50,079 bases of DNA. Source: a virus. Lineage: Duplodnaviria; Caudoviricetes. The notes beneath the pieces were generated by a model that saw nothing but the letters and a program-made list of their open reading frames with translations, was not told the origin of the DNA and searched no databases. Where the stretch lies: positions 1 through 50,079 of the IMG/VR virus record IMGVR_UViG_3300026189_000008; one strand, written 5' to 3'. This document shows, in pieces, positions 26,268 through 36,658 of the stretch. Each line of letters begins with the position of its first letter. Position 1 is the stretch's first letter. Both the position numbers and the translations under genes were made by a program.

Positions 26268-28169
26268 TTATTGTGCATAATATCCGTCAGGAGCTTGTGT
26301 TCCGTTTGGATCTGTATATATATTAGTTGAGGTTAATAAGTTAGTCCCATCTATATAATATGTTGTTGGCGTCGCGCAACAAGCATCCTCATAAGAAAGT
26401 AGGCTATAACCTAATTGTACTGGTGTAAATGCGCAAGCGCAGGTTTCTAATGGTATTTTTTGTATTACATCCCCAAGTCCGTTTAATGCTTTAACAGGTG
26501 TAGTTCCGTCTTTTACACATATTTCTTCATCAGGCGTGCCTAAAGCTTTATTTAATGTTATGTTATCACCGCAGCAATTTACATATGAAACATCAAACGT
26601 ACAAGCTGTTGACGCTGTAACGGTTGGGCTTCCTTGTAATACTGTAGGTGTTGCTTCAGCGCATACTTCCGTAGAGTCACCCGCGGAAATATCTAATATT
26701 TGGCCACCGCCTAAGCAGTCTGTGTAGCTTACTTGCCCATTTACTGTCCCTGCGCTGTTATCAATTATATAAGAATCACAGGCCGACGGTTGTATAACAC
26801 TTACTGTGTATTTAGTACAATCTGCCACCGTAGTCACAAAAGCATCAACATTTAATGTATGTGTAACCCCAGCTGATCCAGTGTCTGTAAAATCTATTGT
26901 TCCTGGCATTCTATATGTACCATCTGGTTCAATAGTAGTTCCACCACCTGTATATGAATAAACATTACCTGTTCCATTTGGTATAGTTGGACTAAAATCA
27001 TTTGCTGTTGCGGGGCTTCCAGTTAGCTTAGATAAACTATATCCGGCATTTGGAGTTACTACAAACGTAGGCGTAAATATACCACTGCTTGGATCTATGC
27101 TTGAATCAGGATTTAATGAAGCTGTTACACCTCCTGATACTGTCATATTTGGGTTTGTAGTTGTTGGATTAAACACGAAATCAATCGCGCCCGCTCTTTG
27201 CCCAACTGCTATTTCTACATTGGTAGCACCAGGTAATAATAAATTTGGATTAAAATCCGGTGACTCTACAATTAATCTATAAGGTACAGAATATCCTTCA
27301 GAGGCTGCTGGGAACGCTATGTTCGATGTATAACTTCCTGATGCTGGTATACTTATATTACTTCCGTATCCTGCTATTAATTGTGGTGGTGCCGATGTAT
27401 CATATAATTCTATAGATGTAATTGTAGCGCCTTCATTGCCAAATAACACTAATGGTTTTGTTTCACCTGCATTTGTTACGTCGGGCTGAGTATATCCACT
27501 AACACCGTCAAGAGTAAAGCTATTTACTTTCGGAGTCACATCAACTTTATTAGCAGCATTGGCTACAAATTTTATTACATCACCAGCTACATTTTGATTA
27601 GGATATGTATAATTTACATTAAAGGTTTTAGATATAACATCACCGTCTGAATCTGTAACTACAGAAGACTGTATATCATAACTATTATTATTACCTGTAA
27701 TTACCGCAGCTTGAGGTTCAGTAGGAAAATATTTGTTTGCCCCTGCGTTTATTGTTTGTGACAGTATAGGTTCTGTTGAGTCAAATTCACCACCATCCGA
27801 ATATGTTCCATCGGCTGGAGGAGTGAAATCGCTTGCTTCATAAACATAGCTACCATCAATAGTAAATTCATCTAATGTAGCAAAACCAGATATACATAAA
27901 GGTATTTCAATATCGTTACCCGGCATTAATGTTCCAGGAATTAAATTGAAAGAAATTGTTACTTCACTTATATTTTGTGATAAAGTTATAGAAGATTGTT
28001 CTATATAAGGACTAAACGGTGCAATTACACTAAAATCGTTTACATCTATAGAATAACCTTGATCAGGTATTACATTAACTGTATGTATACCAGTATTTCC
28101 TAAATCGCTTCCTATTGCCTCGATAAAATTTATTTCGGATACTGAAAAGTTATTATATTCTGTACTCAT
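26268..28169 (-). CDS. Tail fibre/appendage protein
   Basis: Thr/Ser/Gly/Pro-rich beta composition with Cys-rich C-terminal repeats. Confidence 0.62.
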   Translation of the reverse strand: MSTEYNNFSVSEINFIEAIGSDLGNTGIHTVNVIPDQGYSIDVNDFSVIAPFSPYIEQSSITLSQNISEVTISFNLIPGTLMPGNDIEIPLCISGFATLDEFTIDGSYVYEASDFTPPADGTYSDGGEFDSTEPILSQTINAGANKYFPTEPQAAVITGNNNSYDIQSSVVTDSDGDVISKTFNVNYTYPNQNVAGDVIKFVANAANKVDVTPKVNSFTLDGVSGYTQPDVTNAGETKPLVLFGNEGATITSIELYDTSAPPQLIAGYGSNISIPASGSYTSNIAFPAASEGYSVPYRLIVESPDFNPNLLLPGATNVEIAVGQRAGAIDFVFNPTTTNPNMTVSGGVTASLNPDSSIDPSSGIFTPTFVVTPNAGYSLSKLTGSPATANDFSPTIPNGTGNVYSYTGGGTTIEPDGTYRMPGTIDFTDTGSAGVTHTLNVDAFVTTVADCTKYTVSVIQPSACDSYIIDNSAGTVNGQVSYTDCLGGGQILDISAGDSTEVCAEATPTVLQGSPTVTASTACTFDVSYVNCCGDNITLNKALGTPDEEICVKDGTTPVKALNGLGDVIQKIPLETCACAFTPVQLGYSLLSYEDACCATPTTYYIDGTNLLTSTNIYTDPNGTQAPDGYYAQ

Positions 28170-28170
28170 A

Positions 28171-31100
28171 TTAATAAGGTTGACTTGGAGGATTTAATGG
28201 ATCATATGTATCAACATATTCTCCTGTACATACATTAAATGTTATATAGGGCCATGTAGATTCAGGGCATGGCTGACCAGAAGTACAAGTTCCTGAAGCA
28301 ACACCCAGCTTGTCCGAATATATTTCGGGCCCACCGTTGTAACCCTGTGTTGAACCTTTTTGCACAACTTGGAAACCAACAGAATCTGCGTGAGTATTAA
28401 ATGCGCCACCTGTATTATAAGTATCTGGTTCAAATGTAAACGTAACATAACAATTATCGTAACCATCTGGATAATTATCTGCAATAGTTTGAGCTTGCGC
28501 AGGTGTCATTTTTAAATAAGAATATCTAGTTCTATCGAATCCAGTCGAGGTTATATATTTGTTATTAGCCATAGCCGCAGTAACATATCTTTGTAAACTG
28601 TTATTTGGATCAGTTCCAAATTCAGTAGTACCAACATCATACACTAAAGTATCTACATTGCCTAAACTATCTATATTTCCTTGTGCAGTTGCACTTGCAA
28701 CTTGTGATAAATGAGGGTCACCTGTTGGGCTATTTGCATTACCATTAGCGTCAACAGTAAAAGAATCAAACAATCCATTATTACCAGCAGTATTCCCTAC
28801 ATAAAATCTACCAATAACAACACCTCCGTTTACATGCTTGTTCGCAACTAATCTATATGTACCACGAGCACAACCATGAGTGCTGGAGGCTTTTGCTTTC
28901 ATAGGTACTACAAAGGTAGGGTCGTTGGGGTCAGTCCACGTTTGGGCTGGTTGGTTCAGGCTAGAATGAGCTATAAAATCTAAGTCTAACAAAGCTGCAG
29001 CAATACCACCAACAACAACCTCTTGTGTATCTGTTAAGCCATCTGGATCAGTAACAACAATTTCAAATGTAGTGTTACCTTGCGCCACTGTACCTGTTAT
29101 AGTTGCAATACCTGTAAACCCATCACCTGTAGTTGTTAAAGTCCAACCTTGTGGTAAATTGTTAGTAGACCAGCTTAAATCTGTTAAAGGGTCATGATCA
29201 GGGTCGCTAGCTGTAATATTAGCGTAAGTAAATGTTTGGCCAACAGTTTGATTAAGCTGCGCTGGATCTGGCGTGCTAGTTATTTGCGGTGGCTCAGCAA
29301 CCGAAGTTATTGTAACTGTTACCGTAGCAGGATCACTATATCTCGTGCCGTTATATGATCTATAAGTAAATGTACCAGCAGAGCCATAATAATTAGCAAC
29401 ATTCGGTGTGAATGTAATTTGATTTCCGTTTATAGCGGACAAAGTTCCATTTTGTGTATTATTAGAAACTATTTCAAATGTTAAAGATAGACCCTGAGGA
29501 TCTGTTCCTGTTAATATCAAATCACCGCAATTTGTACAATCTTCAGCCACACTATATGTTTTAGGATCAGCTGTTGGGTTTTGTATATACACTGCGCAAG
29601 ACGGGTCACCAAAAATTCTTACATTGAAAGCACTAATATCAGGAGCACTAACAGCAGAAGCTCTACCGATACCTTGCATTGAAAATTCTCTTGAATCTAA
29701 ATTGTTATCGGAATTTGTAGAAAAGTATGTAGCTTCACCTTTTATATATTGAAACCATTTATTTTCTTTATCTAAAAATTCTTTTATATAACCTTCTTGT
29801 AAGTCTGTGTTAATATATTCAGTAAACCAACCTTCGTTTTTTAATGTTTGGTTTGTGATGTTTTGTAATTGCAGCGCTTCTACCTCGGCTAAGCTTAGAC
29901 CTTCATATACGCCATCGCCATATACGTAAGCTCTAGATTTACTTCCTGAGTAGTTTAATGTTTTATATTTTTTAACAGCATTAGGTTGTTCGTTTATTAA
30001 AAATGTTACGGAGCTATCATATTGTACACCATAAAAATTATTTTTAACAGACGAATCTGTTCTATGTTCCCATATGTTACCTTTATCAAATGTATAATAT
30101 CTATCATTTAAACTTATACCTCCTTCTGGGCTAAACGCTTTTCTGCTTTCCCATCCGTTTGTTGACTCTTTAAATGTTACAACAGAATGAGTTGTACTGA
30201 ATTCATTCCAATTACCATTTATATATATTCTATCCTTAAATTTATTTCTCCACTCAGTAGCTATATTATTTAATGATATATTGTAACCACCTTTGTCATC
30301 ATCGTAAGACCCCCATGTAATACTAGACTCCTTAAGGTTATCTGCAAAGAAATCACTCATACCATATCTTGATATTTCTTCAAGCCCGTCTGCTGATAAT
30401 CTTAATACAACACCTCTGTTTTTGTCTGTAAAATATGCTCTAAACCCATAGCTGGCAAAACTTTCAGGATGTAAGCTAATACCAAACTCGCCCACATAAG
30501 GCGTTGCTTGGCCCAGAACAGCGTTATTTGATGTTACATTAGCATTACCATCCGCATTAAATAAAGCGTCCTTATTTGTGAGAATTCGCAAACACTTGTC
30601 TTCACACAATGTAACTAAATTTGTATCCCTTGTATGTAGTTTTTGTATTGAACCATATATAGGATTTAAATCCTTTGTAATGGCTTCAGCTTGTATAAAC
30701 TGATTTAAACTATTTACACCTGATATAGAATTAAATATTTGTGAGAATATTAATCCAGTAGATCTTCGCTCTTCCGCATATGGCTCTTTTAATGTTGAAG
30801 ATACTATTGGGCCGTTATCTATGGTTACTGCGTTAAAGTCGTCTCGTATTCTGTCGGACTCTACCCCGTTAGCAAACGAATAGCAGTTATGCCAACCCAG
30901 TGCATGAGGATCGCCGTATTCGCTAATTGGATACGCTTCTGATGCCGCATAAAACAATTCTAACTCTGCAGTTTCTTTTGGCTCTGTTTCAAATATAGCC
31001 GGGTTGTCACTTGTAAAACTATTCTCTTCAAAAAATGGTTTTAAGAATTCTAGCTCAGGTCCGTTTTCTGGACTTCTAGCAACATTACTACCATCAAAAT

Positions 31101-34100
31101 GACTTCTCCAACTACCGTTATTGTCATTAATTCCTTGAAATAATCCTTTGTTAGGGTAAGGGCCCTGTAGTTTAGAAGCATCATTAGGATCAACTGGTTC
31201 AAGTCTTAAATCAAACCTTGTTCTTTTGTTAGAACCTACATTGTACTTCTCATGCTTTTTATTATTCTTATAGTTTCTTAATCTTGACTCTTCTGTTGTT
31301 TCTACTATTTTATATACAATTTGATCAGGATCTTCTTTAAACCTTAACAAACCACCCATAGCTTTTAAAGTTTTTACTTGATCCCTATATTCAGGGTATA
31401 CACCTCTACCAACATCAAAAGAACTTCCTCGCGGCCATATACCACTAAAACCTATACTAAGTGTACCCGCTGTGTTACCACCGCCTCTTTTGTAACCTTT
31501 ACCGCAATATCTAGAGCTATCATTTCCACAATTCTGTACATTGTCATCACCGTTTCTTACTGGTCCATCATCTACAAAAAACGATCCACCACCAAATGTA
31601 TCATTTATTGCACTTCTACCCATTGACTTTGAGGTATAACCTAATTTAACAGTAGATCCAATTGCAAAATTATCGTTGTTACCGTCTGATAATATATATT
31701 TTTCAAGGGTTGAATCTTTTAAAAGCTTAACAAAAAATCTACCTTCAAATTCTGGTTTATCAACAAAATTTTCAAATGCTAATTCAACACTCAAGCCAGG
31801 CTCTTTATCTCCGGCATCATTAGTGGTAAACGCCATGTCTTCACCAAATTTCTTTTCAATAGATATTCTATAATAGTCATCACCTGATGGCAAAGATATA
31901 CTTGAAACATTATAGTAATCACTTACAGCAGATGTACTAAATACTCTTACAAGTCTTTGTTTATCGGTGGTGTCCAAAACAACACGAGCAGAGCTATCTT
32001 CAAAAGTATCTTTGTCAACATCTATCCACGTTCTTTCTGGTTGTGGTATACCAGTATCTTTTATATCATTACCCCCGTCTTCTATTGAGCCCGCTGAATT
32101 TATTTGTTTTCTTAAAAATAAAGGAGCTTCATTCTTAATAGCAATAACTTTGTACTTTGCTGGTTCAGAAACAAACTCATCAGTATCGTGTCTCTTCTTA
32201 ATTTCTAAAAAAGTTTCTTCTGATACTTTATTTCTTTCTGCCGATGGAAAACTAATCCAAGCATTACCGTCTTCTGCATCATAATGACGGTCCATAGCTA
32301 AGTTGTAATATTCGTTTGAAGGCTCTTTTATATAATACTTAAAATGAGTAAAGCCACTTGGCACGTTGCCATCTGTTTGTACAACAATTTGATTATATTT
32401 ATCAGCCTCTTCTTTAGCTAATGTTATTGCCGCTGACTCAGATGTAAATACAGGTGTTTGCCTTCCATATTGTCCTTGAAAAACAACACCAACTTGATAA
32501 GTTCTTTGTGTTTTAATAGACTTAAATGGTGTTCTGGCTATTGGTTCACCAATATCACTAATAGTGTGTTCGCCGTTAACAACATCCCAGTTAGAATTAT
32601 GAACAATACTTTGAGTAAGCGTAGGCGATACTTCAACACCTAATTCATTTTTTAAATTAAAATTTTGTAAATAATTACCGTATATTAATCTATTACCAGT
32701 GATTTCTTGTGACTTAGCTTTCCTGGGCACATTGTCATATGGTCTTAATATTTGATTGCCCGGTAATATGGAAGATATAATTTCTGATTCAACTTTAAAT
32801 CCATTACCACTAGGGCCACCCTCATTCCATATATCATCATCTTTTTTAAATGTATCAACTACATAAACGGATTGGCTATTGCTTTCTTTATAAAGTAAAT
32901 CAACTTCAATTACATCTGGCGGTATATCAGCAGGAACAAAATCTTTTATAACACATTGCTTAAGCTCATTAACCATACCAAGATTATAACCTTGTTTGGT
33001 TTCATAATCAAACTCTCCTGGTAGAAAAGCTATTTCAGTAAATGGTGAAAATGTAGAATAATAGCCATCTTTATATTTATATCTAAATGCAAATCTAGGA
33101 AATTTAAATTCAAAGAATGGCACTTCTTCTAAAGAAACTTCCCAAGTAATATCTTGATCTTGTAGTGTTTCAGGCACAGATAATACCTTAATTGTCGCTT
33201 GTGTTTGAGTATTCCCAGGCGGTACATTTATAACTTCTACCCTAACCTTAAACTCAGCTAGCTCCCCAGTAGTTCCATCGTCTGTTCCCATTGGCGCTGT
33301 TCCAATTAAAACTAAAACATCTGATATTCTAAAAAATGGATAAGGTGATGTAAGCCAAGACAAAGTAAACTCTGTTCCTAGCGGTGCCGGTATTCTACCT
33401 GATTGACTAAGTGGAGGGTCGTTAGGGTCATCGATAATAAAATTTTGAACTGTAGTTGTTGTTACAGTAGCTTCATTACCTTCATTATCAACAGCTCTTG
33501 TTCTAGCTAAATCTAATGTTGGTGCAACTAAAGGAGCTTTCTTAATTACAGTTATATCTTCTTCTATAAAATCTCTACCATTAATTACACTATGCGTTTG
33601 AAAATCCGGTGTAGACTCTTTAAAATCTTTTATATTTAAACCCTTAGGTTCTGTTTGGTTATCTGTAAAAAATAATAAGTCTTCTATAATATTTATTCCT
33701 GTAATCAAATAACTTTCACTAAAATTTAATATATTCTGTGCGTCAACAAGAACAGGTACAACAACATCATCAATTTGGTTGTATTCTGCAATACAACTAA
33801 TGTTATCTGAAGCTATAAACCAATATATATTTTCCGTTACAGAATCTTTTATTTGGCCAATAACTTTCGGGTTACTTAATGTATTTATATAACCAGCTGT
33901 CCATGGTGTATAAACACCCGTGCTGGGATTTAAAAACTTATTTAGCTTAGCGGTGTTACCATCAATGTTTTGCAAAGCACCCACGTTACCGTTATCCGAT
34001 GTAGATATTTCTAAGTTTAGAGCGTCTCTATACTCGCCATTTGGAACTAATCGTTCGTCCAGGTCTTTATTCATTTTACCTGTCGTGAACGTGCGTATTA

Positions 34101-34110
34101 CTTCAGGCAT
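28171..34110 (-). CDS. Tail nozzle/stabilisation (tubular B-like) protein with C-terminal Ig-like domains
   Basis: N-terminal GKMNKDLDERLVPNGEYRDALN; follows ring genes; Ig/cadherin-like repeats at about 29005-29580. Confidence 0.75.
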   Translation of the reverse strand: MPEVIRTFTTGKMNKDLDERLVPNGEYRDALNLEISTSDNGNVGALQNIDGNTAKLNKFLNPSTGVYTPWTAGYINTLSNPKVIGQIKDSVTENIYWFIASDNISCIAEYNQIDDVVVPVLVDAQNILNFSESYLITGINIIEDLLFFTDNQTEPKGLNIKDFKESTPDFQTHSVINGRDFIEEDITVIKKAPLVAPTLDLARTRAVDNEGNEATVTTTTVQNFIIDDPNDPPLSQSGRIPAPLGTEFTLSWLTSPYPFFRISDVLVLIGTAPMGTDDGTTGELAEFKVRVEVINVPPGNTQTQATIKVLSVPETLQDQDITWEVSLEEVPFFEFKFPRFAFRYKYKDGYYSTFSPFTEIAFLPGEFDYETKQGYNLGMVNELKQCVIKDFVPADIPPDVIEVDLLYKESNSQSVYVVDTFKKDDDIWNEGGPSGNGFKVESEIISSILPGNQILRPYDNVPRKAKSQEITGNRLIYGNYLQNFNLKNELGVEVSPTLTQSIVHNSNWDVVNGEHTISDIGEPIARTPFKSIKTQRTYQVGVVFQGQYGRQTPVFTSESAAITLAKEEADKYNQIVVQTDGNVPSGFTHFKYYIKEPSNEYYNLAMDRHYDAEDGNAWISFPSAERNKVSEETFLEIKKRHDTDEFVSEPAKYKVIAIKNEAPLFLRKQINSAGSIEDGGNDIKDTGIPQPERTWIDVDKDTFEDSSARVVLDTTDKQRLVRVFSTSAVSDYYNVSSISLPSGDDYYRISIEKKFGEDMAFTTNDAGDKEPGLSVELAFENFVDKPEFEGRFFVKLLKDSTLEKYILSDGNNDNFAIGSTVKLGYTSKSMGRSAINDTFGGGSFFVDDGPVRNGDDNVQNCGNDSSRYCGKGYKRGGGNTAGTLSIGFSGIWPRGSSFDVGRGVYPEYRDQVKTLKAMGGLLRFKEDPDQIVYKIVETTEESRLRNYKNNKKHEKYNVGSNKRTRFDLRLEPVDPNDASKLQGPYPNKGLFQGINDNNGSWRSHFDGSNVARSPENGPELEFLKPFFEENSFTSDNPAIFETEPKETAELELFYAASEAYPISEYGDPHALGWHNCYSFANGVESDRIRDDFNAVTIDNGPIVSSTLKEPYAEERRSTGLIFSQIFNSISGVNSLNQFIQAEAITKDLNPIYGSIQKLHTRDTNLVTLCEDKCLRILTNKDALFNADGNANVTSNNAVLGQATPYVGEFGISLHPESFASYGFRAYFTDKNRGVVLRLSADGLEEISRYGMSDFFADNLKESSITWGSYDDDKGGYNISLNNIATEWRNKFKDRIYINGNWNEFSTTHSVVTFKESTNGWESRKAFSPEGGISLNDRYYTFDKGNIWEHRTDSSVKNNFYGVQYDSSVTFLINEQPNAVKKYKTLNYSGSKSRAYVYGDGVYEGLSLAEVEALQLQNITNQTLKNEGWFTEYINTDLQEGYIKEFLDKENKWFQYIKGEATYFSTNSDNNLDSREFSMQGIGRASAVSAPDISAFNVRIFGDPSCAVYIQNPTADPKTYSVAEDCTNCGDLILTGTDPQGLSLTFEIVSNNTQNGTLSAINGNQITFTPNVANYYGSAGTFTYRSYNGTRYSDPATVTVTITSVAEPPQITSTPDPAQLNQTVGQTFTYANITASDPDHDPLTDLSWSTNNLPQGWTLTTTGDGFTGIATITGTVAQGNTTFEIVVTDPDGLTDTQEVVVGGIAAALLDLDFIAHSSLNQPAQTWTDPNDPTFVVPMKAKASSTHGCARGTYRLVANKHVNGGVVIGRFYVGNTAGNNGLFDSFTVDANGNANSPTGDPHLSQVASATAQGNIDSLGNVDTLVYDVGTTEFGTDPNNSLQRYVTAAMANNKYITSTGFDRTRYSYLKMTPAQAQTIADNYPDGYDNCYVTFTFEPDTYNTGGAFNTHADSVGFQVVQKGSTQGYNGGPEIYSDKLGVASGTCTSGQPCPESTWPYITFNVCTGEYVDTYDPLNPPSQPY

Positions 34111-34113
34111 ATT

Positions 34114-35022
34114 TTAGTGTTTTATTTGCTTAGATTTATTTCGCATTACCTGCGCAATCTCTTCTATTTTAATATTTGATAACCTTAGCTTAGCGTTTCT
34201 TTTTGATGAAAAAGCTTCTTTCTTTAATCTGCCAACTATATATTCAGGTATTGATGGCCTTGTTGATACGATTGCATAAGCTATATATTTATACAATGCT
34301 TCCTCAGCTAACTTATGTATTTTCATATCTTCGTCATAAGCTAAGCCATCAGATATATATTTTAAGGTTACTATTTTGTGACAAATGTCTGAGCTAAAAT
34401 GTATTATACCTTTTATTTGATCTATATAAAATACACCATTTGACTGCGCATTTTCTGGTGTTAATCCATAACGTCTGCCCATTGCGTTTTCACTTAATAA
34501 GTCAGCGTTATTTGCATTCTCGTATATATCAGCCCTTTGTGAATCTCTTTTAAATCTTTTTAATGTTTCAGAAGGATTTGCTTTTACTATTTCTCTATTT
34601 TGCTCATCAAAAATATATTCATAATTATGATCTTGCAAATAAGGTAATGGGTCACTTGTATTTCGTGTTGGATATATTATTCTTTCTATACCATTAACAT
34701 CTGTCCAAGTTAACTTTATATAGTTTACATAATCTTGTGGTAAAATAAAATTAAGCAACGGCCCTATTTCAATCTCAATTGATCTTTCCGAAGGAAGTGT
34801 GTCAAAGTGCAATTCTTGTAAACCGCGCTGTGCATGAAAAGCTACATCTGTTCTTTTAATTTTGGTAATTAGTTTATCTTGACCAACATAAGCAACCATA
34901 AAGTTACTTATAATATCTTTTATTGATGTAAACTGATAGTTACCATAATTTTCATCTAAGCTATTCCATACTCCATCTGGGCCTAAATAATATTGCTCAT
35001 TATTTTTTGTTATTAATCCCAT
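34114..35022 (-). CDS. Tail ring/adaptor protein
   Basis: ILPQDYVNYIKL motif; position between capsid and nozzle genes. Confidence 0.62.
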   Translation of the reverse strand: MGLITKNNEQYYLGPDGVWNSLDENYGNYQFTSIKDIISNFMVAYVGQDKLITKIKRTDVAFHAQRGLQELHFDTLPSERSIEIEIGPLLNFILPQDYVNYIKLTWTDVNGIERIIYPTRNTSDPLPYLQDHNYEYIFDEQNREIVKANPSETLKRFKRDSQRADIYENANNADLLSENAMGRRYGLTPENAQSNGVFYIDQIKGIIHFSSDICHKIVTLKYISDGLAYDEDMKIHKLAEEALYKYIAYAIVSTRPSIPEYIVGRLKKEAFSSKRNAKLRLSNIKIEEIAQVMRNKSKQIKH

Positions 35023-35025
35023 CTA

Positions 35026-35796
35026 TTATGCTTTTTCTTCTTGTGTGTTTCTTACTTCTTCGCCAGCTGCTATTTGATACATTTGAATATCTTTAACTAA
35101 TAAGCCAGCTAACTCTAATATTTTAATTACAAGTTCAGTTTCCTCCGAAGGATGTAATTCAAAGTTAACGGAATATGTGGCATCGTATAATGCTTCGCCA
35201 TAAACCATTTGATATTTCCATTCAACCTTAACCGGTTTTCTAATGTAATTTACTGTTACAAAGTTTATTATTTGTGAGTCTCCATATACTTTAATGCCGG
35301 ATTGATTACCTACATATATGGGTCTTACGTTCTTAGGTTTAGTTAAAGGTGAAGAATTTATAAGCAAGAACTCATTAGCGTTTATACGCTCAACCTCTAT
35401 ATAACTTGTTGTTGTTAAAGGGTTGTTTGGATCTTGCGGTGATGGCAATATAGGCTCTGATGTTGTATTAGCATATATTACCGAACCTAACCGATACAAG
35501 TCTGAAGGTAATGAAAACCCTAGTAAAGGATTGCTTGCATCTATATATGGTAAGTTAGGTGATGTTGTTTCAAATAAATTAATCTTTTCATTCAATATAG
35601 TCAGCATATCAGAATATTCTGAACTATTGCCTGACATTCTACTAAATTGATTAATATCATAAAAATATTGTTCAAACAAATCCATTTGCGCTTGGTTTGC
35701 GAACAAATTAAATTCCTGAGGCGTAACATACCCTCGTTGTTCTTTATTGAGTATTCCTAATACTCTTTGGTAAACAGTATCTATACTTACGCTCAT
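35026..35796 (-). CDS. Tail ring/adaptor (tubular A-like) protein
   Basis: NKEQRGYVTPQEFNLFANQAQ...LPSDLY...NYIRKP; position in the head-tail block. Confidence 0.65.
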   Translation of the reverse strand: MSVSIDTVYQRVLGILNKEQRGYVTPQEFNLFANQAQMDLFEQYFYDINQFSRMSGNSSEYSDMLTILNEKINLFETTSPNLPYIDASNPLLGFSLPSDLYRLGSVIYANTTSEPILPSPQDPNNPLTTTSYIEVERINANEFLLINSSPLTKPKNVRPIYVGNQSGIKVYGDSQIINFVTVNYIRKPVKVEWKYQMVYGEALYDATYSVNFELHPSEETELVIKILELAGLLVKDIQMYQIAAGEEVRNTQEEKA

Positions 35797-35807
35797 ATTT
35801 TTTTATT

Positions 35808-35846
35808 TATAGTAATTAAGCCGCATATAGCGGCCTAACCACTATA
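35808..35846 (-). other. 17-bp RNA stem-loop without U tract
   Basis: TATAGTGGTTAGGCCGC-TATAT-GCGGCTTAATTACTATA pairs fully on the - strand using three G-U pairs. Confidence 0.65.
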
Positions 35847-35851
35847 TATTG

Positions 35852-36592
35852 CTATTTAAGCTTTTTGACTAAGTTTTTGTAAACTTCCATACCATCATCT
35901 GTTTTAAAGAAAGCAGCTAATGCAGAATATGGATGTTCGTCAAAAGGGACTGTCATTAATTTTCTATCCTCTTTACCAATAGTAAATGTTCTTTGATCTT
36001 TAGATAGTTTAATAAAACCAGCCTGTGTAGCTTTGACGCCAACGTTTCTTAGTTCAACATTGTCATCTTGTGCTAATTTAATAAACAACATAGGTTGTTT
36101 TTTAGCGAAAACCATTGCATCTCTTTTGAGCTCTGAAGAACTTAATGAATCAACTTTGTTTCCAAATTCAACTCTTAATATCCCTTCAACTTGATCAATA
36201 TCTAATTCCTTAGCTAAATTTAAAGCTTGTAATTCAAGCTCAATATAATCTAATTCATTTACTGACTCCTCTACAGCACTATACTCTTCGTATAATTTAT
36301 CCTTTAACGGATGATACAGTGATAATAGTTTCTGAAGACACTGATTTTCTTTAGGTACTTGCAACTGGCCATCTCTAAATACGATTCGGCCTAATGTTGT
36401 TTCACCTTTCTGTTCATCTACAAACGGTGAATTTTGGTTTGTAGCATATTTTAATTCTCTTTGAATTCCGTTTCCATTGTCAAACCATAATAATGGTGCT
36501 TTCGATGAATGTTTACCGGCTAGACTAAAAATAATAGGTTTCTTATTATTTCTGAGAATATATAGTCTATCTTTTATTTCCCAATTTTCCAT
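35852..36592 (-). CDS. Hypothetical protein of the head module
   Basis: 246-aa ORF directly downstream of the capsid gene. Confidence 0.65.
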   Translation of the reverse strand: MENWEIKDRLYILRNNKKPIIFSLAGKHSSKAPLLWFDNGNGIQRELKYATNQNSPFVDEQKGETTLGRIVFRDGQLQVPKENQCLQKLLSLYHPLKDKLYEEYSAVEESVNELDYIELELQALNLAKELDIDQVEGILRVEFGNKVDSLSSSELKRDAMVFAKKQPMLFIKLAQDDNVELRNVGVKATQAGFIKLSKDQRTFTIGKEDRKLMTVPFDEHPYSALAAFFKTDDGMEVYKNLVKKLK

Positions 36593-36617
36593 GATATAAT
36601 ATAATAAAAATGTTAAT

Positions 36618-36651
36618 AAAGGCTCTGGGCGCCGAAGCGCCCGTAACCTTC
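36618..36651 (-). terminator. Stem-loop after the major capsid gene (terminator or attenuator)
   Basis: GAAGGTT-AC-GGGCGC-TTCG-GCGCCC-AG-AGCCTTT with cUUCGg tetraloop and a weak U-rich tail. Confidence 0.72.
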
Positions 36652-36658
36652 AAAAGTA

